Shown piece after piece: positions 56,211 to 64,000 of a stretch of 64,000 nucleotides of DNA. The notes beneath the pieces are model-generated. The model did no database searches, was not told the DNA's origin, and saw only the letters and a program-made list of their open reading frames with translations. A program made the translations under genes and the position numbers. Every line of letters starts with the position of its first letter. The stretch's first letter is position 1. The stretch covers positions 38,912-102,911 of IMG/VR virus record IMGVR_UViG_3300033121_001895; one strand, written 5' to 3'. This stretch comes from a virus. Its lineage: Duplodnaviria; Caudoviricetes.

Positions 56211-58067
56211 CTATGCCTTGGGTTGACCGAAGCCAACACCGTAGGCCAGCCCGGGTACAGGCGAAGCCCCTTTTAGGTCACTGAAGGCTCCTGTATTTAC
56301 TGCGTGCAGGATCTTTCTTTCCAGGTTTGCCGTATAAAGCTGGTGCATCCAGTCAGGCTCGTGCTCTGGGATGGCGTCGAGCCGTTGCATCTCTGGGATA
56401 AAGGAAGGAGGTTGGCTGCTAACTAACACTTGGTCAATTCCCCTGGCGCGTAGCTTATCGATGATCTTTCTCGTAATGCGCGTACCGATCGTAAAATGCA
56501 AAACTGGCTGTTCGAGGTACTTGTTGTAAGCCAAATCAATACGTACCTTGGCCGCATCACTCTTTGGCTGGTAGTCCTTTTCCACCGATTGGTAAGATAC
56601 AATTTCTCCAGGTAGATGCTCGCCGAGACCTTCGTTATTTGTAATGCGCACGTGATCGATCATGGCCTTTGCCAACACATCGAAATTCCGATGGTTGATG
56701 CCTCCCATGCCTGAATCGTCGAAGGCCCTTTTCAAGGCGTGCGAGAAGTATTTACGTCCTTCTCCAACTCCTTTTAACCGAACGATGTCTGCTGGATTGA
56801 TGATACCGTCAGACAATACGTCACCTGCTTCTACCTCATCGCCTACCTTGACTTTCAGTCCAAAGCCCGTTGGGACGTAATACTCATCACTATTGATATG
56901 AATGTAATGTCCACCTTGGGGAGCCACACGGATCTCGTTAACAGTGCCGTCGTGCTCGGCTACAGCCGCCTTGTCCTTGAACGTCTGTGGAATAGTGGCC
57001 AACTGTTTAACCAGATCAAAACCAGAGGCGAGGTTAGGACCTGTCGCAGAGCCTGACGTATGCTTCAGAGACAGCTGTCCTTGCGCAAGAGGTTCGCCCA
57101 GCGTGGATGACGACGTAATACCAATGAAGTCACCGACTTGTGGTAGACCTTTTTCGCGTTTACCAGCGCATAGCTGACAAATGGCATTATGATGATACCT
57201 GCGGGAAGATTGACAGGTGATTGGAGAACGAACAACAATCACCGAGACGTTTTTATTGCGAAGATCACTGAGCATCTTGGCGGTGACTTCGTTGTTCTTA
57301 TTGTACCCATTTATTGGATGGGCAAGGTATGTACCGACAGTCTCCCGGTTATCCGTTGAAGCTTCAACGCCATTGTCTGTTCCGCAATCATGCTCCTCAA
57401 TTCGAAGAGTCATGGTGGCGCGAGACATCTGCTTGGAAAAATAGCCAGCATCGGCAACAGCCAACTTCTTGGCAACCTCTCCTTGACGAGAGCCGAATGT
57501 GGAAGCCAGATACTCGGGGAGATTGAGCCCGTCGGCAAAAGACTTCTTCAACGGAAAATCAATAAGTGGGCGACCCGTATTATCCTGCACCAGCACGGGA
57601 GCAAACACTGTCTGCATATACTGGACAGGAGAGCCACGCGATCCAGACTTGATGATCTTTGCCAACGTCTGGTTATTAGTCACACCAACGTCCACAAGCT
57701 CTTTGGTGACCTCCTTTACAAAGGCCTGGTACAGGTCGTTAGCCTTGGACTCATACCTCTTCTGATTCTTTTCGACTTTGCGTAGCTCCTCCAACTTTGC
57801 ATCTAGTTCAGCAAACTTGGCCTTCTTGTCGATAGGCGAGCGTAGGTCGGTCAATTTCACTGTAGAGCCCAGACGGGTCGACACCTCAAACCCTAGTCGT
57901 GCGAGCTCGCTGACGATCTTGTTGTACTGCTCGGGGTGTTTCTCCGCCAGTAAGTTAAACAAGGTCGCATTACCTTTTTTGTCCAGCTCGTTTCCATCGA
58001 TGAAAGCGTGCATGTCCTCGGGCAGATGCGCCTTTAACAAGAGCTTGCCTACAGTGGTTGTATCCAT
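56211..58067 (-). CDS. phage RNA polymerase beta' subunit, C-terminal half
   Basis: SGSRGS, bridge helix EYLASTFGSRQG..ADAGYFSKQM, Zn site DCGT/RSPITC/ICQLCAG, trigger loop GEPLAQGQLSLKHTSG, INHRNFDVL. Confidence 0.93.
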   Translation of the reverse strand: MDTTTVGKLLLKAHLPEDMHAFIDGNELDKKGNATLFNLLAEKHPEQYNKIVSELARLGFEVSTRLGSTVKLTDLRSPIDKKAKFAELDAKLEELRKVEKNQKRYESKANDLYQAFVKEVTKELVDVGVTNNQTLAKIIKSGSRGSPVQYMQTVFAPVLVQDNTGRPLIDFPLKKSFADGLNLPEYLASTFGSRQGEVAKKLAVADAGYFSKQMSRATMTLRIEEHDCGTDNGVEASTDNRETVGTYLAHPINGYNKNNEVTAKMLSDLRNKNVSVIVVRSPITCQSSRRYHHNAICQLCAGKREKGLPQVGDFIGITSSSTLGEPLAQGQLSLKHTSGSATGPNLASGFDLVKQLATIPQTFKDKAAVAEHDGTVNEIRVAPQGGHYIHINSDEYYVPTGFGLKVKVGDEVEAGDVLSDGIINPADIVRLKGVGEGRKYFSHALKRAFDDSGMGGINHRNFDVLAKAMIDHVRITNNEGLGEHLPGEIVSYQSVEKDYQPKSDAAKVRIDLAYNKYLEQPVLHFTIGTRITRKIIDKLRARGIDQVLVSSQPPSFIPEMQRLDAIPEHEPDWMHQLYTANLERKILHAVNTGAFSDLKGASPVPGLAYGVGFGQPKA

Positions 58068-58069
58068 AA

Positions 58070-58798
58070 TTACTGGAATCGTGCAGGGGTCAGATCCAGG
58101 ACGTTAAGACTGTTCGAGACATCAAAGTACTTGGCCTTCGCCAGGAAATGATGTCCGTCTACGATCTGCTCGTTTACGATGAGGACGTACTTATCCTTGG
58201 CTTTCTTAAAGAACGCGTCACGTGCCTTTTCACGCTCCGCACTCGTCATGCCATCAAGTTCTTTTTTTACCGCCTTCGTTGCTGCTTCATAGTTCTGAGG
58301 GTCTGCGCGGTCAACCAGCTCACGCACCATCATACCGTAGTGCACCACCGTTGGGTTCTTCGCCTTCTCCGGCAGAAAGCGTTTTGCGTCTTCCTTTACC
58401 TTTTCAGGAAGATCTGACACTCGTACATCTTTGATATAGGCAGCCATTTTAATCTTGGTAGTGCTTGCGCGTTTAAGAAGCGTCCACATGCTCACCTTGA
58501 TAGGGGCACCGTCCAGCTTCCCGAACGTTTCCGGCGTTTCGGGGTTAGGGAGAACCAGCTCAGGCATGGCCTTTTGCAGCATGATGTCCTCGAGACCCTT
58601 TATCTTATTGGTCTGGGAAGGCAGCCCCTGGTTCAGTTCAGGAGCCATGACCTCGTCGTCCTCATGTCGTTGAATCGAGGAGTTCGCTTGGTCAGGTGAC
58701 AGCTGCTGCAACAGGCGTACCATGTCTCCTTGAAGTGCAGGGTCAGTCGTATCGACTGCTGCCTTCAACAGGTAACGTCGCAGTAATGGAAAGCTCAT
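58070..58798 (-). CDS. protein with C-terminal ParB/Srx-like domain (start revised to MSFPLL)
   Basis: VLIVNEQIVDGHHFLAKA; KAA/KRA/KMA motifs precede the domain. Confidence 0.6.
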   Translation of the reverse strand: MSFPLLRRYLLKAAVDTTDPALQGDMVRLLQQLSPDQANSSIQRHEDDEVMAPELNQGLPSQTNKIKGLEDIMLQKAMPELVLPNPETPETFGKLDGAPIKVSMWTLLKRASTTKIKMAAYIKDVRVSDLPEKVKEDAKRFLPEKAKNPTVVHYGMMVRELVDRADPQNYEAATKAVKKELDGMTSAEREKARDAFFKKAKDKYVLIVNEQIVDGHHFLAKAKYFDVSNSLNVLDLTPARFQ

Positions 58799-58799
58799 G

Positions 58800-59456
58800 T
58801 TAGTAGACTCCACCGCCACCCATCATATTTGGTCCACTTCCGGCCATGGCGGCTTCTTGCTGCTGCTGTTGCTGCTTCATCTGCTCCTGCTGCTGGCGCT
58901 TCTGTTGATCCTCAACTGCCTTTTGCTGCATCTGCTGCTGCTTCATCTGGCCCTTCTGGATGTGCTCCTGCACCTTCAGCGTGGACTGTGTGGCTTTGCC
59001 TCCCGATACCAAGTCGAGTAGGTCACGCACGCGCAAAGTAATCGTGGACTGCTCGAGGTCAGTTGGAGGACCAGAACTCTGTACTCGCTCGCCCTGCTGC
59101 TGCCCACCAGCTTGCTGCTGGCCGGCCGCAGATGGATCGCCGCCTTCTCCTCCTTGACCGCCCATTTGCTGCATGACCTGTTGAAGGGCCTGCTGCTGCT
59201 GGTCTGGTGGGAGCTGTTGAATTTGCTGGGCAATTTCTGGTGGAAGCTGTTGAAGGAGGCTGTCCATGCCTCCGCCTCCACCCCCGCCGCCGCTATCTTG
59301 CTGCCCGCCTTGAGGCTGCTGCTGGCTGTCCTGCTGCCCACCACCCTGTTGTCCTGACGGTTGTCCGCCACCACCTGGTTGTTTATTGGGGGCAGGGACG
59401 AAAGCTGTTTTGACGACAGCATCAATCTCTTTAAGCACTTGGCCGATTTTCTTCAT
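58800..59456 (-). CDS. Gln/Gly-rich low-complexity protein
   Basis: N-terminal helix ending VKTA, then polyQ/polyG tracts. Confidence 0.7.
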   Translation of the reverse strand: MKKIGQVLKEIDAVVKTAFVPAPNKQPGGGGQPSGQQGGGQQDSQQQPQGGQQDSGGGGGGGGMDSLLQQLPPEIAQQIQQLPPDQQQQALQQVMQQMGGQGGEGGDPSAAGQQQAGGQQQGERVQSSGPPTDLEQSTITLRVRDLLDLVSGGKATQSTLKVQEHIQKGQMKQQQMQQKAVEDQQKRQQQEQMKQQQQQQEAAMAGSGPNMMGGGGVY

Positions 59457-59655
59457 ATTCAGGTTTCTCCCATTCGATGATATTGGTCACCAGACCTTCA
59501 AGGTCTTTCTTGATTTGAGTAAGACGGCCTTGTTCTGGTTTGCCGCTTAGTGCATGCTTGCCGTCGTCTATTTCACAGAGTTCAGTAAGAGCAGCGACCA
59601 ACCGCTCGTGTTTTTGTTCGGCGGTTAGGGTATTCCACACTTCTTTGGTTATCAT
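59431..59655 (-). CDS. small hypothetical protein (start revised to MITKEVW)
   Basis: 74-aa ORF filling the gap after the RNAP gene. Confidence 0.55.
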   Translation of the reverse strand: MITKEVWNTLTAEQKHERLVAALTELCEIDDGKHALSGKPEQGRLTQIKKDLEGLVTNIIEWEKPEYEENRPSA

Positions 59656-59666
59656 AACAGTTGGAA

Positions 59667-62660
59667 TTACGAGGGGCAACCCACCTTTACCTTCTCACCA
59701 ACATGCAGTTTGCCTTGATGAAAGGCGTCCACAACCTCCTTCTGTGTCTTGAAGGAATGCACTGTTTCAGAAGGTGTCTTCTCCGTCGACATCTGGAATA
59801 ATCCAAGGGCGGACTCGTTTGATGGAACGAACATCGGTTGAAAGGTCTTCGGTGAGATCAGGCTCTTGCTTGGTAGCATTTTAGCGATCACTTCCTGCTT
59901 GGCTTCCTCACTTGCAGGTACATTGATATTCAATTGATCGCCATCGTTATCGGCAGCCAACCCCTTAAATACCAGAGGGTTCAGCTTGATCGTCTTGTCT
60001 CGTTTATTGACATTCGGGCGTAAGAAGAACCCGGTCAGGTTGAACTTATGCAATGACGGGTCACGTGAAATAATAGCAGGGCGCTCCTTCAGTTCTGCAT
60101 GCAATGCCTCCAAAGCCAGTGGGTTACGCGTCTCGATATACTCTTGTGCCTTTGTAGCTGGTACGCCTTTTTGTACAAGACGACGAGAGATAAACGGCAG
60201 ATAGACCTTCCACAATGTGTCAATAGGTACACTGGCCTCGTCTAGGTCTAGAAACGCGCTTGGAGTCAAAACTGCACGTCCGACAAGGTCCATTGGCTTA
60301 TTGACTACTTTTGACTGAAACATGGTAGTCTTCGCGGAACCGCCCCGAATACCCAAAGTAGTCGAAAGAAGCCCCTTGAGGCCCTTTTCCTGATTCTTTA
60401 CAACAATAGGGTCTCCTAGCCCATAGACAGCTTTTACAGCGTCGTATTGCTTACCCTTCAATCCATCGACCACATGCGCCGGGAGCTGAGAAGTGTCTTT
60501 TTTCAGCTCGTTCGACGTCATGAGCAAATCTTTGTACAGATAGTTCACATCAGCCGCCAGCGAGAAATCTCCTTGGGCCAGTGCCGGACGATAGATCGCC
60601 GGGATGATGGGTACCTTGGTCAACATCAAGTCTCGCGGGTGAAGACCGTTTGTCTTGAGTGCTGTTAAGAATGTAACAAGTTTAAGGGCGTCCTCCCTCT
60701 TGGTCTTTTTACCAGTCTTAAGGTATTTGGTGTATTCGGCGAGTTTTTTGTCCAAGTCGACCGAATTCAATTTTTCACCAATCTGACCGGATTTCACCAA
60801 TTCCATATATCCGTCTTTGGTGACCTCCAGCAGCTTGCGAAGGAAATCCTCGGAAACCGGATTAGGGATGGGTTGAGCCAACTCCACATGGTTATAGCGC
60901 TCACCAAGCACGCCTACCTTTTCCGGGTCAAACAACCCGCCCTTCTCCGGGATAAGTTTGTCCCCCTTTACTTGAAAGGTCAAAGGCTCATGGATCGGAC
61001 CGCCTGAAAGACGAGTCACGTCCTTGTCCGTCATTGGCAGGATGTGGAACTTGGTATCTTTCTTCGTAACGTTGATACCTGCGCCTTGTAACGAAGCCAG
61101 GAACTTATTGAAGATGAATGGTACCTGCGGACTAGGTACAGGTAGACCGAGTTTTACACGACGCCAATACTCGTCGTTCTTAGTCGCCTTGATTGTAGCG
61201 ATGTCGCGTAGCACAGCTGTTGCGCCGTGCGACAGCAAGGCGGCGGTACCAAGGTTACCAATACGTTTAGCCGACTCATGTTCAGCTTTGGTTGGTTGCA
61301 TATCCCACGAGTAACCAACACCTGCCGAACGGTGGGATTCCTTATCTTCAGCGATATGTACAAGACGAGTATAGTAGAGAGGACCGGTGAGTACTTCGAT
61401 ATTACGCCCAGTGACTGGGTCGTACAACTCTTCGGTATCTTTCAACCCGTGTTTCTTCAGCTCGCCGATCGTCGCCTCAAGGGTAGACTCATTACGAAAA
61501 TGAGGCATCTTAACTGGATGTCCCAGCTTTTCGGCAACCTTACCCATCGCCAGAGTATTCACCAGGGCCGGGGCCACACGAGAGGTGATACTCATGGAGT
61601 TGAGGATAATGTCAACAGGCTTGCCGTCTTTGTCCATCGGGGCACGAGAGTCAGGTACGATTGAACCGACAACACCTTTTGCACCGAATACACAGCTCAC
61701 CTTGTCACCCACCTGTAGGGTACGACGAGTCTTCACATTCACCGTGACATACTCGCTCGTTACAGAAACATCCACTACTTCACCAGGAGACTCATGGTCC
61801 CATATTACAGCCTGGTCATTAAATGCGTTCTTCAGGACACTAGACAAACGACCAAGAGCCATGTCTGTAGACTTCAGCGCTTTCGGGGCTAAAGCCAGAA
61901 TAACCGGATCACCATAACTCACCACGGTGCCTTTCTTTACGACACCGTTCGGCTCAATTGTCGCAAGCTGGTTGTTCAGAAATCGGTTGGCAAAAATGGC
62001 GACATACTTATTCTTACCGATCTCAACACCCATTCGCGCTTCCATGCGCATACGGAAAATCTGCTCGGCTTCGAGCTTCTTTGCACCAGACTCCGTAACC
62101 ACAAAGGCGTCCTCGAAGTTGGATGAACGATACGGCATCACAGCGGTACGGAGATTTGTGCCCATCGCCATCACACCGTTCTCGTCTGTATAGTTTGACA
62201 CCGCCAACAGCTCCCCTTTTTTCACCTTATCCCCTACTTTGACTTTCGGTGTGTAATGGATAAAGGTCTTTTGCCCAAGGTTATGGTTGTGGTAGAGGTC
62301 AAAGGTTTTTACACCATCTGACGTCTTGATCTTGATTTCGTGATCCGTCACCTCTGTAACGGTACCATCGACGTCGCTCTTCTGGCTCAAGTAGTTCTGC
62401 CCGAGCTGCTTAACAAAGGAGTCGTCAGCCATGCGAGCCACACTCTGAACCAACGGTGGTTGGCGATGCACGAGGGAGATGGCTTGCAGTGTGGCTTTAG
62501 AACCGATCAAGATACGACCGCCCGACACACCACCAAGGCCAGTAACCAGGTTAGCCGGGTAAGAGAAGAAGTCTTTGGTGGACGCAAACTCATAGTCGTG
62601 CCCTTCATCGGCAGGAGTTTTCTTCAAGCGTCCTTTATCGAGGACCGTAATTTCGCTCAT
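59667..62660 (-). CDS. phage RNA polymerase, fused beta C-terminal and beta' N-terminal subunit
   Basis: beta motifs NFEDAFVV, GDKV...GAKGVV, PVDIILNSMSITSR, RLVHIAEDK; beta' motifs GGLFD, HVELAQPIPNP, VPIIPAIYRP, GRAVLTP, RDPSLH, catalytic LAADNDGDQ. Confidence 0.95.
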   Translation of the reverse strand: MSEITVLDKGRLKKTPADEGHDYEFASTKDFFSYPANLVTGLGGVSGGRILIGSKATLQAISLVHRQPPLVQSVARMADDSFVKQLGQNYLSQKSDVDGTVTEVTDHEIKIKTSDGVKTFDLYHNHNLGQKTFIHYTPKVKVGDKVKKGELLAVSNYTDENGVMAMGTNLRTAVMPYRSSNFEDAFVVTESGAKKLEAEQIFRMRMEARMGVEIGKNKYVAIFANRFLNNQLATIEPNGVVKKGTVVSYGDPVILALAPKALKSTDMALGRLSSVLKNAFNDQAVIWDHESPGEVVDVSVTSEYVTVNVKTRRTLQVGDKVSCVFGAKGVVGSIVPDSRAPMDKDGKPVDIILNSMSITSRVAPALVNTLAMGKVAEKLGHPVKMPHFRNESTLEATIGELKKHGLKDTEELYDPVTGRNIEVLTGPLYYTRLVHIAEDKESHRSAGVGYSWDMQPTKAEHESAKRIGNLGTAALLSHGATAVLRDIATIKATKNDEYWRRVKLGLPVPSPQVPFIFNKFLASLQGAGINVTKKDTKFHILPMTDKDVTRLSGGPIHEPLTFQVKGDKLIPEKGGLFDPEKVGVLGERYNHVELAQPIPNPVSEDFLRKLLEVTKDGYMELVKSGQIGEKLNSVDLDKKLAEYTKYLKTGKKTKREDALKLVTFLTALKTNGLHPRDLMLTKVPIIPAIYRPALAQGDFSLAADVNYLYKDLLMTSNELKKDTSQLPAHVVDGLKGKQYDAVKAVYGLGDPIVVKNQEKGLKGLLSTTLGIRGGSAKTTMFQSKVVNKPMDLVGRAVLTPSAFLDLDEASVPIDTLWKVYLPFISRRLVQKGVPATKAQEYIETRNPLALEALHAELKERPAIISRDPSLHKFNLTGFFLRPNVNKRDKTIKLNPLVFKGLAADNDGDQLNINVPASEEAKQEVIAKMLPSKSLISPKTFQPMFVPSNESALGLFQMSTEKTPSETVHSFKTQKEVVDAFHQGKLHVGEKVKVGCPS

Positions 62661-62667
62661 TTGAGTA

Positions 62668-62696
62668 ATGCTACACTACCGGGTTTCGAATTGCAA
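62668..62696 (-). promoter_or_regulatory. sigma70-like promoter for RNAP, probably leaderless
   Basis: TTGCAA-N17-TAGCAT-N7-ATG. Confidence 0.65.
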
Positions 62697-62719
62697 TTTC
62701 ATCTGTACCTGTCTACCAT
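62691..62719 (+). promoter_or_regulatory. divergent sigma70-like promoter sharing the palindromic -35
   Basis: TTGCAA-N17-TACCAT. Confidence 0.55.
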
Positions 62720-64000
62720 GAAGCTATCTATGGGGACTCTAATGCGTTCCACGCCAAGCTCAAGACAAAACACTCTGCCGTTCAAGGCCGCAACAGTTGC
62801 AGTCGACCTCGACGGCACCTTGGCGAAGCATATATCTGCCAAGAAATTTGATCCAACGCGCATAGGTCCTCCCGTACAAAAGATGATGGACAAGGTGAAA
62901 CGTTACCTTGAACGAGGCAAGGATGTGGTACTATTTACGGCTCGCGCCTCGGACCCGAGGAATGTACCTCCTGTGCGTGCCTGGCTGGATCGCCATAACC
63001 TAAGCAAGGTGAAGATCACAAATCAAAAAACTCCTGACATTGAAGTGATCTACGACGACCGAGCCAAGGGAGTACACAAAAACAAAGGCACGATCAAAAG
63101 TGGTTCTGCTTTCGACAAATTAGCCGCGCTTCCTGGCGTTTCCCTCAAGCCGCACCAACAACGGGTAGTCAATCGTCTTAAGCAACCTGGGACCACCGGG
63201 CTGCTGGCTCAACATGGGCTTGGTTCGGGCAAAACGCTTTCGTCTATCGCTTCCTGGGACGCCTTGGGGCGCCCACGAACCGCTGTGATCGTACCTGCAG
63301 CCTTGCAGGAGAACTACCGAAAAGAGCTGACAAAATGGGTGGGGCAGGTTCCTCCCAACGTCAATATCATGAGCCAACAACGCGTGGCTCGTCAAGGGGG
63401 CCTTTTAGGGCCTGCTCCAGAGTTGATGATTGTCGATGAACAGCACAAGGCCAGGGAACAAAGCTCAGCTCTGCGGGCGGCATTGGCCAACATCAAGGCT
63501 AAAAAAAAGCTTCTATTGACTGGTACGCCAATCTACAACCACCCTCAAGACATTGCCGCAACCGTCAACTTGGCGGCCGGTCGCACCCTTTTACCGACAG
63601 ACCGCGCGTCGTTCAACGAACGATACGTCGCCACCGAGAAAGTAAATCCGCCGCTGTTACAGCGTCTCATGGGTGTACGCCCAGGCACAAAACAAGTGCT
63701 CAAGAATCGGGGCGAGCTTGGGCGGATACTAAGGCAGTACGTTGACTATCACCCGAACTCGACTCAAGGCTTCCCTCGTTCATCTGAGGAAACGATAAAG
63801 GTGCCTATGGGTGGAGCTCAAACCGACATCTACAACGCCATCATGGGCAAGGCTCCTCGCTGGGTGCGTTGGAAAGTGAAAGCCGGGCTACCTCCAGGTA
63901 AAGGTGAGTTCGAGGCTATGCGCGCATTCCTTACTGGAGCGCGTCAGGTGTCCAACACCAACCGCGAGTTCACCCGATCCAAAGAAGAAGCTGCGAAGAT
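62718..64000 (+). CDS. HAD phosphatase fused to SNF2-family helicase, partial (true start may be 62730 or 62742)
   Basis: manual translation: VAVDLDGTLA, FTAR, ITNQK, IYDDRA (HAD), then LKPHQ, HGLGSGKT, IVDEQH, LLLTGTPIYN (SF2/SNF2); open to the window end. Confidence 0.88.
   Translation, partial: MKLSMGTLMRSTPSSRQNTLPFKAATVAVDLDGTLAKHISAKKFDPTRIGPPVQKMMDKVKRYLERGKDVVLFTARASDPRNVPPVRAWLDRHNLSKVKITNQKTPDIEVIYDDRAKGVHKNKGTIKSGSAFDKLAALPGVSLKPHQQRVVNRLKQPGTTGLLAQHGLGSGKTLSSIASWDALGRPRTAVIVPAALQENYRKELTKWVGQVPPNVNIMSQQRVARQGGLLGPAPELMIVDEQHKAREQSSALRAALANIKAKKKLLLTGTPIYNHPQDIAATVNLAAGRTLLPTDRASFNERYVATEKVNPPLLQRLMGVRPGTKQVLKNRGELGRILRQYVDYHPNSTQGFPRSSEETIKVPMGGAQTDIYNAIMGKAPRWVRWKVKAGLPPGKGEFEAMRAFLTGARQVSNTNREFTRSKEEAAK

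Noticed and set aside
58070-59666. Intron or intein interrupting beta'
   Set aside because: The spacer holds three ordinary coupled ORFs, with no homing endonuclease or splice motifs; both RNAP genes have their own start and stop
56211-62660. Host bacterial rpoBC locus
   Set aside because: No ribosomal protein context, non-cellular partition, deviant motifs, and phage head genes alongside
63501-63508. A8 run as a frameshift or phase-variation site
   Set aside because: The frame continues correctly into helicase motif III (LLLTGTP)
1-64000. Alternative genetic code (stop codon reassignment)
   Set aside because: Genes tile densely in the standard code, and TAA, TAG and TGA all end genes at sensible junctions
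1-64000. tRNA, rRNA or large structured ncRNA genes
   Set aside because: Intergenic gaps are short (about 120 bp or less) and explained by promoters and terminators; no cloverleaf seen by eye, and no covariance search was run

Overview
A 64-kb segment of a large lytic myovirus (probable jumbo phage) using the standard genetic code, with genes almost all on the minus strand. From right to left it holds: a partial HAD-phosphatase/SNF2-helicase fusion (+); a divergent phage multi-subunit RNA polymerase (beta-C/beta'-N fusion plus a separate beta'-C gene); a block of low-complexity and glycine-zipper putative internal head proteins; prohead protease, scaffold, decoration protein and major capsid protein; neck, sheath, tube, spike, frameshifted tail chaperones and tape measure; a sigma factor inside the baseplate operon; five Cys-bearing tail paralogues; an RNA ligase; the terminase large subunit (+); and an AT-hook / AAA-ATPase / DUF3150-like cluster. 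The main unexplained signal is a possible head cargo-loading and processing system. K-x-A motifs are dense in head-region proteins and sit at domain boundaries, and a shared ~30-aa module (A[FY]xxGFx[KR]xA...KxA) occurs in five otherwise unrelated proteins. Ten TTGnnn-N17-TAnnAT-type promoters were also found, four apparently leaderless and two sharing one palindromic -35. All assignments come from reading motifs by eye; no searches were run.
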